Notes: generated by a model from the sequence alone, not told the origin. A DNA stretch of 63,957 nt, filler included, from 5 parts of 5 records of this genome joined end to end with filler, not necessarily neighbours in it, one strand, 5' to 3'. Positions 28,994 through 38,779 are shown, numbered from the whole stretch's first letter. Program-made: numbers and translations.

Positions 28994-30736
28994 TCAATCG
29001 GAATTTTCAGTGAGGTCCTTATTTTGAAGCTGCGAAAGACTTTCTCTTCGCTCGCGCATGTCCTCCCTGAATGCGGTCAGGTCCCATATCATTTCGGTCA
29101 GGCTCCCCTCCCATACTTGGTTCAGGGCCTCTTTCAGGCGACCGATGTGCTTTCGGGTATTTCTGATCAGGATTGTCCTGTAACGTCTATAGAAGGCCCA
29201 TCCGACGCACAGGTTAATGACGGCAAAGCTTCCGAGGGCCGCCAGGCCCGTTGTACTGAAAAGAGTTCCGATGATGGAGAGGAACAGGTTCGCGAAACCT
29301 TCCCATGAAGGTGTTAAAAAAACACGTCGCCAGGCATTATCGCCCCCCACGGAAAGTAAAAACGCCGCGAAAATGAAGCCGTAGACCGCCCATTGGGAAA
29401 AACGAAACCCCCATAAGGAAGAACGACGTTTTTCCGTGGTATAGGCCGCCGCCGTTTGAAAAAAACTCTCGCCCAGATTCTCAAAGCGGCGGGAAAGGGA
29501 AAGGGTTTCCTTGAGCCGTGATTGAAGAGAAGATGGGAGATTTTCATTTAGAAAGCGGTGGCTGAGCCGGTCCTCCACCCACGATAAACGGTTCCGAAAG
29601 GCATGGGAAATTTGATCCGGGGGCTGAAAAATGGAAAAGTCGGTCTGTTTTTCGTCTCCTCCTTTAAATCCTTTTCCAAGAGAAAGGAAAACCATGGCAT
29701 AGGCATATCCGGGTCCAGCCAGCCGGGAAGGTTCCCCCTGGTAAAGTGAGATTTTTTCCTGAACCTGTTTTCCGAACCAGCGGTCAATGATCTCTTTACC
29801 GGTTTGAACCCACAAGGATCGCTGGGTTTCAAGGTCTTTTACCGCGTCGTCAAGGATACGACCGGCGCGATTCAGATTGTGAATTTCCCCTTCAAAAACA
29901 GCGGTGAGGGCTTGAATCTCCACATCCAGATTCATGGCTTTGATGGCTGTGATCTGTTTGGCATTGCGTTCCCTGAAAACATGCTGACGAAAAGCCGGGA
30001 ACTGATTCCACGGAGAAATGGCGTCTCTCTTAAACGCTTCCTCGGAAGCCAGGGCAAAAAGGATGGGTTCTTCAATCCCATTTTTTTGAAGAAGTTCGTT
30101 AAACCGTGTCATAACCCGGTTCAGCCGGCCATACCCTATCTCCATGGTTTCCCCGTTAAACAACAGGTCCGCTTTGTTCAGGACAAAGGTGAAGTTTTCC
30201 CTGGCCTTGGGGGCCTGTGACAGGAACGCATAAAATTTTTGGTCCGCGTACTTTTCAGGAGAGGTCACCCAGAGCAGCAAATCCAATTGCACCATAAAAC
30301 GGATCACCCTTTCACGGTGTTCTCCCTCAAGGCTGTCAAAATCCGGAAGGTCGCAAAGTAGGATACGCCGAATCCGCTCCCCTTGATGGAGAATTTCCTG
30401 CCGGGGTACGTTCACGGTGTTTGAAAGCGGCGGTGTCCGGGCCGACTCGTGCCGGTAGATGAGGACCCTCTCCGTATGCGGTCGCCTGTGACTGGTGGAA
30501 GCGATGGGGGCCCCTGCCAGGGCGTTCATGAGGGTTGATTTTCCGACCCCCGTTCCGCCCACCAGGCCGATGGTCAGGTACCGGGCTTCCATGCGATCCA
30601 GTTTCCGAACAAGCCCTGCGGCTTCCGTTTCCAGGGTTTCCCGCTTTTCATTGGAAAGTGAAAAAAGCCCTCCCTTTCGAAGCAGTTGAAGGACTTGTTC
30701 CAGTCGGGCCTGGTGTTGTTCAATGGGATTTGTCAT
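28994..30736 (-). CDS. Dynamin-like/TRAFAC membrane GTPase B
   Basis: G1 GGTGVGKS, G2 RPHT, G3 DLPDFDS, G4 NKAD. Long helical region with two C-terminal hydrophobic segments. Confidence 0.8.
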   Translation of the reverse strand: MTNPIEQHQARLEQVLQLLRKGGLFSLSNEKRETLETEAAGLVRKLDRMEARYLTIGLVGGTGVGKSTLMNALAGAPIASTSHRRPHTERVLIYRHESARTPPLSNTVNVPRQEILHQGERIRRILLCDLPDFDSLEGEHRERVIRFMVQLDLLLWVTSPEKYADQKFYAFLSQAPKARENFTFVLNKADLLFNGETMEIGYGRLNRVMTRFNELLQKNGIEEPILFALASEEAFKRDAISPWNQFPAFRQHVFRERNAKQITAIKAMNLDVEIQALTAVFEGEIHNLNRAGRILDDAVKDLETQRSLWVQTGKEIIDRWFGKQVQEKISLYQGEPSRLAGPGYAYAMVFLSLGKGFKGGDEKQTDFSIFQPPDQISHAFRNRLSWVEDRLSHRFLNENLPSSLQSRLKETLSLSRRFENLGESFFQTAAAYTTEKRRSSLWGFRFSQWAVYGFIFAAFLLSVGGDNAWRRVFLTPSWEGFANLFLSIIGTLFSTTGLAALGSFAVINLCVGWAFYRRYRTILIRNTRKHIGRLKEALNQVWEGSLTEMIWDLTAFREDMRERRESLSQLQNKDLTENSD

Positions 30737-30783
30737 TTTAAAATTTCCAAATGGGACAGCAACCCATTATTTGGGTTTTGGCG

Positions 30784-32499
30784 CTAAATGGTTTTGGAAA
30801 GTCTTTTCATTGCCGTCACTGTTTCGTCCGGGGTCATGAGATCTTTCAGACAGGCGATATATCGATCTTCCTGCCGGCGTAAAATGGACTGGAGGCCGTC
30901 CTGGTAGCGTTTGGCCAGTTCTCCTGCGATTTTTCGGATTTCATGATAGGCGAAAACTTCCACGGCCCCTTTGGTGACAAAAGGGCCCAGTGCGGAATCG
31001 AGCGCCGCATCCAGCATGGTAAATCCACCGCCCACCACCACATTAAACGTTACAATGAGGATTCCCCAAAGAATGGCGGTGGAATGAATACCCACTTTTT
31101 TCCCCTTGGGAATGCCTTTTGCCAGAGCCTCAAAGGTCCCTTCCAGCCATTGGGCCAGGTCCTCCTGGGCTTCCAATATATAATGTCGAATTTCCGGTTC
31201 CGTGAGCACGCGGTTCGGATCCCTTAACGCTTTAAAAAGCGGGGATGTTTCTTCTGCCGGTGAAAGCTTTTCCAGTATTGAGCGGTTGTATTTTGCCAAG
31301 GTTTCCTGAATCGGAGCAAACGCGACGTTTTTCCCCACTTTCAACAAGCCGTCCCGGCGATCTGCGCCTTTTTTCTTCTTGTATAGCCCTGTGAGGCGTA
31401 GCGGCGCTGTCATGATTTCTCGAACAAACCGGCGCGGCCTGGCCAGGAGATCGTATCGGGAAAAAAGCTTGCGGATTTCCGCACTCAGATATTGACTGCT
31501 GGTTTTTGAAAACCGCTCTTTCTGGTCGTGAAGATATGCAAGTGATGCCTGCTGGGTGATTTTCCCAAGTTGATGCAGCCATGCATCCGCAGCGTGGGCC
31601 TCCTGTGCCAGAAGTTCCCGAACCCTTGCCAGATCCTTTTTCAGCACTTTTGCCGCCCTTGAATGGGAGATGTCCCTCTGATTCTGAGCCTGTTCTTTTG
31701 AAAAAGCGTGAGAAAAAGAATCTTTCAGTTGAATGAAGGATCTCAGTTCCGCAATTTTATCATAGATACCGGGAGACGTGTGAGGAATCAGCCATAATCT
31801 CGACCCATGGATATTTAACCCCCGGGCTTGAAGGGCCTTTAGAACTTCTTCACGGGTGGTTTCGAGTGACGCTTTGTTCAGCACAAAAAAGCACGGCTTT
31901 TGGTCCTCCAGCACGTTCATGAAGAAGTCGTGCAGGACCCCATCCGCATATTTTTCCTGGCTGGCCACAAAGACAACCGCATCGGACAGGTCATAGAGGT
32001 CTTTTGCGATTCGGTGATTCTGCTCTTCGACACTGTCCAGATCAGGCGTGTCCACCAGGACCAGATGGGGGGCGATCTCTTCCCTGGAATCAATGATTGT
32101 CAGCTGTCCGGGCTTACCCGCGCATGGTACCGAAACCATTGGTGCCAACTCAATTTCAGGAAAGGGAAACGCCTGGTTCAGTGAACAGTGCCGGTGGGTG
32201 TAGGCAACGGGGCCCGCGGTTTTGGGCCGCTCCACACCCGTGGCGCTCAAGGGTTTTTGGCAAAATGCGTTAAAAAGGGTGGATTTTCCCGTTCCGGTGC
32301 CGCCGATGAAAACAACCCAGAAACAAGGATTTTCCCGTTTGTATGAAAGGATGGCGAAACGCCTGAGAATATTTTTTGCAAGGAGCGGAATTTCAAGGCC
32401 GTTTAAGGTCAGCCCCGGGGTCTTGAACGCTTCAGGTCGCAGGGCATCGTCGGTATTTTGCGGTTTCGGGGAACCGGTGTTGTTCGCAGATGCTGGCAT
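30784..32499 (-). CDS. Dynamin-like/TRAFAC membrane GTPase A
   Basis: G1 GGTGTGKS, G2 RPKT, G3 DTPDLDS, G4 NKAS, SQEKYAD. Helical stalk and C-terminal hydrophobic paddle. Confidence 0.8.
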   Translation of the reverse strand: MPASANNTGSPKPQNTDDALRPEAFKTPGLTLNGLEIPLLAKNILRRFAILSYKRENPCFWVVFIGGTGTGKSTLFNAFCQKPLSATGVERPKTAGPVAYTHRHCSLNQAFPFPEIELAPMVSVPCAGKPGQLTIIDSREEIAPHLVLVDTPDLDSVEEQNHRIAKDLYDLSDAVVFVASQEKYADGVLHDFFMNVLEDQKPCFFVLNKASLETTREEVLKALQARGLNIHGSRLWLIPHTSPGIYDKIAELRSFIQLKDSFSHAFSKEQAQNQRDISHSRAAKVLKKDLARVRELLAQEAHAADAWLHQLGKITQQASLAYLHDQKERFSKTSSQYLSAEIRKLFSRYDLLARPRRFVREIMTAPLRLTGLYKKKKGADRRDGLLKVGKNVAFAPIQETLAKYNRSILEKLSPAEETSPLFKALRDPNRVLTEPEIRHYILEAQEDLAQWLEGTFEALAKGIPKGKKVGIHSTAILWGILIVTFNVVVGGGFTMLDAALDSALGPFVTKGAVEVFAYHEIRKIAGELAKRYQDGLQSILRRQEDRYIACLKDLMTPDETVTAMKRLSKTI

Positions 32500-32502
32500 T
32501 TT

Positions 32503-33063
32503 TTAACATTCCTTGAGCCGGTCCCAATACCCTTGAAAATATTTCCATCCGGACCACACCGTGGCCGCCAGGATAATGGTCATGATAATATTGGCCACAG
32601 GGGGAAGCAGGAGACTGACCTGCCGGCTGTAGTCCCCGGACGGGATCATGTACAGCAGAATCGTACCGCCCACCATCTGGGTGATGGTTTTGATTTTTCC
32701 CCATGTACCGGCGGCAATGGCGATCCCTGCCTGCTGGGACACAATGGCCCGCAAACCGGTAATGGAAACTTCCCTGGCAATAATAATGATGACCATCCAG
32801 GCTGCTACCACCTGGTATTTTACCAGAATAATAAAGGCGCTCATGATGAGCAATTTATCGGCCAGGGGATCCAGAAAGATGCCCAGGGTGCTGACCTCCT
32901 TGCGGCTGCGGGCAAAATAGCCGTCCAACGGGTCCGTGGCGCAGGCGATGACAAAAATGGAGGCGGCAACAAATTTTGTCCAGGTGGCGGCGGGAATGGT
33001 GAATATGATGAAAACCGGAATCAGGACAATCCGAAAGAGGGTGATCTTGTTGGCAAGGGTCAT
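32503..33063 (-). CDS. pgsA: CDP-diacylglycerol--glycerol-3-phosphate 3-phosphatidyltransferase
   Basis: ANKITLFRI, TDPLDGYFARS...STLGIFLDPLADK (CDP-alcohol motif), REVSITGLR, GKIKT..Q. Confidence 0.95.
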   Translation of the reverse strand: MTLANKITLFRIVLIPVFIIFTIPAATWTKFVAASIFVIACATDPLDGYFARSRKEVSTLGIFLDPLADKLLIMSAFIILVKYQVVAAWMVIIIIAREVSITGLRAIVSQQAGIAIAAGTWGKIKTITQMVGGTILLYMIPSGDYSRQVSLLLPPVANIIMTIILAATVWSGWKYFQGYWDRLKEC

Positions 33064-33110
33064 TATTTTTCCGTACCTTTCATGGTGTCTGACAATTACA
33101 GGTAAAGGAC

Positions 33111-33139
33111 CTTATAGCCCGTGACAGTCAGAATATCAA
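33111..33139 (-). promoter_or_regulatory. Probable sigma70 promoter for the pgsA-GTPase operon
   Basis: Minus strand TTGATA-N17-TATAAG, about 48 nt upstream of pgsA. Confidence 0.55.
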
Positions 33140-33182
33140 GATTTCCCTTGCGATTTCAAAAAGAATGGGATAATTCCCGACC

Positions 33183-34145
33183 ATGCGTTTGACCCTGGGA
33201 AAACTGATGATTCTCACCCAATGGCTGTTGACACGGCGGCCCACGTCCGTTGCCATTGATATTACCCACAAATGCAATCTCAAATGCCTCCACTGCTATT
33301 GGTGGAAACAGGAACACCCTCCGGAACTGGATGACGGTCAAATGATGGTTTTTCTGAAAAGGCTGCGGGCCAGGGGGTTGCGGGCAGCTATTTTGTACGG
33401 TGGCGAACCCACTCTTCGTCCTGAAATCTGCAGGGCTGCCGCCCGGATTTTTGATGCCACACTGGCCTTTACCAATGGCCTAAACGGCTTTCCGGAACTT
33501 GAAAACGGCCAGTGGATTCTCTCCCTGGATGGACCCGAAATGGAAAATGATCAAATTCGCGGAGAAGGGGTGTATCAAAAGGCCGTGGAAAACCTGAAAC
33601 GTGCCGTCCGCCCGCCCATCGTTCACATGACCATTTCAAAAATAAACCAAAACAGCCTGGAGCGTTTTGTTCGGGAAATGATGGCGCTCCCCATCAAGGG
33701 GATGGGATTTTCCTTTGTGACGCCCAATCGGGGAATGGTGGATGAAAACCTGTTTATTCCCCTGACACAACGGAACCGACTGGTAATGGAACTGCTTCGG
33801 CTCAGGAAAAAGTATGGTGAAAAAGTGGGGTTTACGCGTGCCATGGCCCGCCAGTTGCTGACCCATGGGGCATTTTCCCAATGGAACAGCCTGCAGGCCT
33901 GCCCGGTGAGCCGACGGGTTCGGTGTTACCGATCGGATGGTCAGCCCAAAAGTTGCACTTATGGGGACCAGGCCGATTGTTCCCGCTGCGGGTGCGCCGC
34001 TGTTGTGGCGTACCGGGGTGCTTACAAACCCTTTGACTATGAGACGCTCCGGGTGATACTGGGCCTGATGACCCCGGAATATCAGGCCCAATCGTCCTCT
34101 TATGAAAAAGAGGCCGAAAAAATTTCTGGAGAGACGAATGGTTGA
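33183..34145 (+). CDS. Radical SAM protein with C-terminal Cys cluster (SPASM/twitch-like)
   Basis: CNLKCLHC, YGGEP, FTNG, SLDG...DQIRG. C-terminal C-x7-C-x9-C-x7-CSRCGC. Confidence 0.88.
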   Translation: MRLTLGKLMILTQWLLTRRPTSVAIDITHKCNLKCLHCYWWKQEHPPELDDGQMMVFLKRLRARGLRAAILYGGEPTLRPEICRAAARIFDATLAFTNGLNGFPELENGQWILSLDGPEMENDQIRGEGVYQKAVENLKRAVRPPIVHMTISKINQNSLERFVREMMALPIKGMGFSFVTPNRGMVDENLFIPLTQRNRLVMELLRLRKKYGEKVGFTRAMARQLLTHGAFSQWNSLQACPVSRRVRCYRSDGQPKSCTYGDQADCSRCGCAAVVAYRGAYKPFDYETLRVILGLMTPEYQAQSSSYEKEAEKISGETNG

Positions 34146-34347
34146 TGACAATCCCCAAACGAAACATAACCCTGAAGATTTGATCAATTGCAGCAGATGC
34201 CGCAGCTTCCATTTTTTCGAAAACAGCGCCGAGCATAACAGCCCCCATGCCCTGGGGGAATGCAGGGGTGAGCCCTGGGACGGCAGTCTGGGTCAGTGGG
34301 GTATGTTTCAGCACCATTGCAGCGCTTTTCAAGCCGCCCAAAGTTGA
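34138..34347 (+). CDS. Small Cys/His-rich protein
   Basis: ATG overlaps the radical SAM 3' end and is preceded by GGAGAG. Sequence CSRC...GEC...W...HHC. Confidence 0.55.
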   Translation: MVDDNPQTKHNPEDLINCSRCRSFHFFENSAEHNSPHALGECRGEPWDGSLGQWGMFQHHCSAFQAAQS

Positions 34348-34391
34348 ATTTTACGCAAAGACACGGAGTACTGGGGGCACCCTGTAAACCA

Positions 34392-35573
34392 TTATATCTG
34401 ATCCCAACGCCCGGGAATGGTCGTCCCGCAATAAGTACACTTGCCGTTTTTCATGTTAATTTCCTTGATCAGGTAACCGTTCCTTCGAACAATCACTTTT
34501 TGGCACTGATGACAATAGGTCTGTGTGCCCCAGTGGCCCGGGACATTGCCCAGATACACATACCGGATGCCCTGATCGAGGGCGATTCGCCGCAATTCCT
34601 CAAGGGTGGCAATGGGTGTGGCCGGAAGGCGGGTCAGTTTATACTGGGGGAAAAACCTCAGGAAATGAAGGGGATAATCGGGTCCCAGGTTCTTCATTAT
34701 CCATATGCACATGTCTTTGATCATTTCCGGTTTGTCCACGTATGTGGGTACCACCAGGGTGGTCATTTCAAACCAGACCCCCTGTTCGTGAAGGGTTTTG
34801 AAGGTTTCAAGAACCGGGTGAAGGGTTCCGCCGTTCAAGCACCCGTAGATACCATTGTCAAAGCTTTTGAGGTTTATATTGGCTCCGTCCAGATACCGGC
34901 AGAGACTCGTGAGGGGTTTGCCATTGATGTAGCCATTGCTGATGAGCACATTTTTGAGGTTTGCCCGGCGCGCAAGTACCGCCGTGTCGAACATGTATTC
35001 ATAGAAGGTAGTGGGCTCCGAATAGGTGTAGGCGATGGAGCGGGCCCCTTTATCATCGGCCAGCTGCACGGCCTCTTTGGGAAACAGGGTCATATGTTCC
35101 ACCTGTTCCGGTTTTTTCTGTGAAATTTCCCAGTTCTGGCAATTCAAACACCTGAAGTTACAGCCGGTGGTGGCCATGGAAAAGGCCTTGGTGCGCGGAT
35201 AAAAGTGGGTTAAAGGTTTTTTTTCAATGGGGTCCAGATGGACGGCACAGGGGTTTCCATAGGTCAGGGAATAGAGTTTCCCCCCGATGTTGACTTTTGA
35301 GCGGCAGATACTGCGGTCCCCGGGACCCAGGGTGCAGCGGTTGGGGCACACCTGGCATTGGACCTTCTTTCCGTCGGAGGCGTAGTGAAAACCTTCGATG
35401 GCCCATTTCCACGGTTTTTCGGGTGCGTTGTTTTTCGTGATGACGCCTTTGATGCTGCCGGTGCAATCGGCGCTTTTTCCGAAAAAACCATGTCCCGTCC
35501 CGGCACACAGAAGGGCTGAGGCCCCCAGGGCCGCGGATTTCAGAAATTCCTTGCGTGTCATCATTTTATTCAT
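34392..35573 (-). CDS. amrS: AmmeMemoRadiSam system radical SAM enzyme with Tat-like leader
   Basis: CQVCPNRC...C zinc site, DPIEKKPL.HF.P, GCNFRCLNCQNWEISQ, IAYTYSEP, LHFLRFFP, YVYLGNVPG, CHQC...CTYC. N-terminal TRKEFLK followed by a hydrophobic stretch. Confidence 0.93.
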   Translation of the reverse strand: MNKMMTRKEFLKSAALGASALLCAGTGHGFFGKSADCTGSIKGVITKNNAPEKPWKWAIEGFHYASDGKKVQCQVCPNRCTLGPGDRSICRSKVNIGGKLYSLTYGNPCAVHLDPIEKKPLTHFYPRTKAFSMATTGCNFRCLNCQNWEISQKKPEQVEHMTLFPKEAVQLADDKGARSIAYTYSEPTTFYEYMFDTAVLARRANLKNVLISNGYINGKPLTSLCRYLDGANINLKSFDNGIYGCLNGGTLHPVLETFKTLHEQGVWFEMTTLVVPTYVDKPEMIKDMCIWIMKNLGPDYPLHFLRFFPQYKLTRLPATPIATLEELRRIALDQGIRYVYLGNVPGHWGTQTYCHQCQKVIVRRNGYLIKEINMKNGKCTYCGTTIPGRWDQI

Positions 35574-35608
35574 GTTTCAAAGGTCTCCACGCCTGAATGT
35601 ACCGTATT

Positions 35609-37735
35609 TCAGTTGCCGGATTTTCGGCTGAATACCAGCAACAGGGCGCTGGAGGTTTTCACCAGCATCAACACCAAAACCGCCACCGCCACCCCCCACA
35701 AAGGAATTAAGAGGGTTCCCACCACCAGGGCGCCCACCGCCGCACCGCATAAATCCGCGGCCAGACACCCGGCTGCGGGACTCTGGTCTTCGCCGATCAT
35801 CCGGGCGGCCACGGGAAATTGAAACCCGGCAAAAAATGAGAAAACAAAGCAGAAGATCAGAAACCAGGCCGGGTGGAGGGCAACCTTGAACCACCCGGAC
35901 CAGCACAAAAAGATCACCGACATGACCAGCAAAGCCCCTTCCGACAATCCCATTTTCATGCCATTGCCGGTGCGCCATTTTACACCCGCCAAAGCGCCTG
36001 GAAGGAGCCCCAGTAGAAATGCCGTAATGATGGCGCCGATCATCATGTAAATATAACCATAGATGATCTGGAATGCAAAAATGATGGCCATTTCCAGGCC
36101 CATGGCCGTAAAACCGGTTGAGAAAAGGATGTATTCCTCTTTTTTCATGAAGATGAAATAGAGCAGCAACAATCCCGAGAGAACACAGATGAAGACGGTG
36201 GGTGTGGTGCCGTGTTTGGTGAACCATTCCCTGAAAACCAGTTGCATGAGCCGGGGGTTGAAATCGGTGTTGATGGTTTTGTTTTGAACCAGCTTGTCTC
36301 TGATCTGCAAAATTCGCTCTTTCGTGATATTACCGTGAAAATAACCGTCAATGTAGGCGGTGTTGATCCCTTTTGATTGTAGTTTCTCGGGGATTTTGGC
36401 GGAAAGGGGCCGGTCGCTCATGAGGAAACAGGCCTGTTCACCTGGAAGGACCAGAATATGGCTAAAGTGCTTTTCCATGGTATGGTAAAGGATGGAGAGC
36501 TTTTTTCTTCGAAGATCGCTCAGGTAATTGGGAGAATAGTCCATATTCAGGGCCAAAATGCCGTTTTTTTTAAGGACGTTTTTTGCCAGGTCAAAAAATT
36601 CATCGGTGAAAAAGCGGTTGACCTGAAAGGTATCGGGTTCCGGAAGATCTAAAATAACGGCATCATAGAGCATGTGGGTGGATTGTATGTACCGTCTGGC
36701 ATCCGTATTGATGATGTTCAGAAAAGGCGCTTTCGGGATTATTTCCAGGGCCAGGGCGGTTCGGGTCAGGGCCGGGTCCAGCTCCACATAATCCACCCTG
36801 GCAGGTCCGTATTTTCCCATTTCCACAAGGGTTTCACCCAACCCCCCCGATACCAGCAGCACGTTTTCCACACCATTTAACTGGCTTAGGGGGTAATGTA
36901 CCTTTTCCTCGGCCTCAATCACATTGGAATCGGAATAAAGGGGGGTCCCCGATTCCCAGAAGGTGTATTGCGGTCCTTCCTTTGATACCACAATCCGTCC
37001 AAATGGGGACTCCGAATAGCCTGCAATATTTCCGTACTGGGCCTCAAGGGTGCCCGTTTCCACGGAAGGCATCAAGGCGAGTGCATAAAAAAAGGCGGCA
37101 GGGGGGACGGCAAATGCCAGAAAACGCCATTTTCGAAATACGCCCATCATGAACAGTGTTACCAGGATCAGGAAAGAGGCGGTTAGAATGATAACGGCAA
37201 AGGGTTTGAACCAGAAAACCAGCAGAAAGCTGAACAGCATGCCCCCCAGAATATCTCCCATGCTGTCGGTGATGTAGAGTTCTCCACTTTCAAAGGGGAT
37301 ATTGAGATGATGAAAAAGTTTCTGGGTGTAGGGCAGAATAAAACCGGTGAGAAGGCAGTAGGGGGCAATGGCCAGTGTGATATACATGAAGATGGGGTAG
37401 AATCCCGGACTCACCCCATGGGTAAAAAACAATTCCCTGAAAAACCGTATGCCCATGACCTGGAAAAGGGGCCACACACCGATGGTGAGCGCAAGAACCA
37501 GGTAGATCCCGAGGGATGCGTTTCGAAAGCATTTTGCACCAAGGGTTCCTATTCCCGTCAGGACCAGCCAGCAGAAAATAACCAGGCTGATGGTGATTTC
37601 ATTCCCGTGGAATTGGCTCAGGAATTCTCGAATGGTGAGGATCTGGGTGGTGACGGAAGAGATGCCGATCCCGATGATGGACCCGATTACCAACCGGCGG
37701 AAATGATGGCTCGAAATGAAACCATTGGGGGGCAT
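35609..37735 (-). CDS. Membrane-fused spermidine-synthase-like (class I SAM-binding) protein
   Basis: N-terminal TMs (QILTIREFL..FHGNE, LYITDSMG), central ESPFGRI, EEKVH, VLLVSGG, VELDP, DARRYI, YDAVILDLPEP, FFTDEFF, NTDFNP. C-terminal TMs with ADLCGA. Confidence 0.85.
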   Translation of the reverse strand: MPPNGFISSHHFRRLVIGSIIGIGISSVTTQILTIREFLSQFHGNEITISLVIFCWLVLTGIGTLGAKCFRNASLGIYLVLALTIGVWPLFQVMGIRFFRELFFTHGVSPGFYPIFMYITLAIAPYCLLTGFILPYTQKLFHHLNIPFESGELYITDSMGDILGGMLFSFLLVFWFKPFAVIILTASFLILVTLFMMGVFRKWRFLAFAVPPAAFFYALALMPSVETGTLEAQYGNIAGYSESPFGRIVVSKEGPQYTFWESGTPLYSDSNVIEAEEKVHYPLSQLNGVENVLLVSGGLGETLVEMGKYGPARVDYVELDPALTRTALALEIIPKAPFLNIINTDARRYIQSTHMLYDAVILDLPEPDTFQVNRFFTDEFFDLAKNVLKKNGILALNMDYSPNYLSDLRRKKLSILYHTMEKHFSHILVLPGEQACFLMSDRPLSAKIPEKLQSKGINTAYIDGYFHGNITKERILQIRDKLVQNKTINTDFNPRLMQLVFREWFTKHGTTPTVFICVLSGLLLLYFIFMKKEEYILFSTGFTAMGLEMAIIFAFQIIYGYIYMMIGAIITAFLLGLLPGALAGVKWRTGNGMKMGLSEGALLVMSVIFLCWSGWFKVALHPAWFLIFCFVFSFFAGFQFPVAARMIGEDQSPAAGCLAADLCGAAVGALVVGTLLIPLWGVAVAVLVLMLVKTSSALLLVFSRKSGN

Positions 37736-38442
37736 TATTCCTCAAAGGCCTGGACCTGGTAGGTGGAAACTTTAAGATCACCTTTCTCCCAGGCGTTTCC
37801 AGAAAGGCCCGCCTTGAGGCAGAGGTGATTCAAAAATGCCTTTTTCTCCGGCAACTGGTCCCACACCTGGGGGAGGAAGGTGGACTGGCGAAATCCCTTT
37901 TTGATGATGACGCCGTCAATGCCCGGCCTGAGCTTATGGAGGAGATCCTTGCCGTCCGTATAGGCAAGGGATTTCGGTTCGGTCAGGATGCTGATTTCAA
38001 CCTGAACATTTTTCCATTCATCCATGGTAAGGGGCCGGAAGCGCGGATCCCGAAAGGCCGCGTTGATGGCGTTTTCCCGAATTCCCTCGATGAGGGATTC
38101 CCGGGGTATGATGTGTCCGATGCACCCCCTCAGGTTACCACGGGAGGTAAGGGTTACAAAAGTACCTCTTTTTTCATTGAAAACCGTCGGCATCTCTTTT
38201 GTCTCCCGGGGGATGTCTTTTTTGCCGGAAAGGCGGTCTTGAATGGTCTTTCTGGCTTCCAAGAGCAGATATTCCCCTTGCGCCTCGGTCAAATCTCCCT
38301 GTTTTGACATATGTTCCTCCCTTGTTTCCCGTGCATTGGAAACCGATCCCGCAGACAGTCCGTGAACCACCGTGAAAAACAGCAGTATCCGGAAAAAATG
38401 TATGCCATGGAAAAGACTCTTTTGATTTTTCGCATTTTTCAT
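37735..38442 (-). CDS. amrA: AmmeMemoRadiSam system protein A (AMMECR1 domain)
   Basis: GTFVTL...LRGCIG, AAFRDPRF, EISILT, GIDGVII, STFLPQVW, LCLKAG. The start may instead be ATG 38310 (strong GGAGG RBS). Stop overlaps the next ATG (TAATG). Confidence 0.93.
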   Translation of the reverse strand: MKNAKNQKSLFHGIHFFRILLFFTVVHGLSAGSVSNARETREEHMSKQGDLTEAQGEYLLLEARKTIQDRLSGKKDIPRETKEMPTVFNEKRGTFVTLTSRGNLRGCIGHIIPRESLIEGIRENAINAAFRDPRFRPLTMDEWKNVQVEISILTEPKSLAYTDGKDLLHKLRPGIDGVIIKKGFRQSTFLPQVWDQLPEKKAFLNHLCLKAGLSGNAWEKGDLKVSTYQVQAFEE

Positions 38443-38467
38443 GATCAACACCCGTATTTTATTTCAG

Positions 38468-38495
38468 ATATTAGCGCAAACAGGGGTGGTGTCAA
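38468..38495 (-). promoter_or_regulatory. Possible sigma70 promoter for the amrA operon
   Basis: Minus strand TTGACA-N16-TAATAT upstream of amrA. Confidence 0.45.
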
Positions 38496-38779
38496 CCGGA
38501 AATGCCACAATGGAACGATTCAGATGAAGGGATTATTCAAAAATCCAGCGATTGAGCTGGAAAAAGGCGGACTTTTTTGGTACCGCGCTATGTGTATGAA
38601 CGCACTTCCGGAATGCTCCGAAATGTTGGGGTTTCGGAATTCCGGTCTTTTGTTTATGGCTCTTTTGTGTATTTTCCATTCATTTTCGGATATAAAAAAC
38701 GGTCCGTTCAGATGGTAAAGCCACTGAACTCTGCTGACCTTGCCCAAAGGCCAAGGGTTTTCATATTGGACCAAGAGGG

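Noticed and set aside
34296-35123. 275-aa plus-strand ORF
   Set aside because: Antisense shadow of amrS. The same applies to the many other short overlapping ORFs in the GC-richer contigs.
38496-38779. Sigma54 promoter linking the giant activator to the amr operon
   Set aside because: No convincing TGGCAC-N5-TTGC match found. A sigma70-like TTGACA element is present instead.
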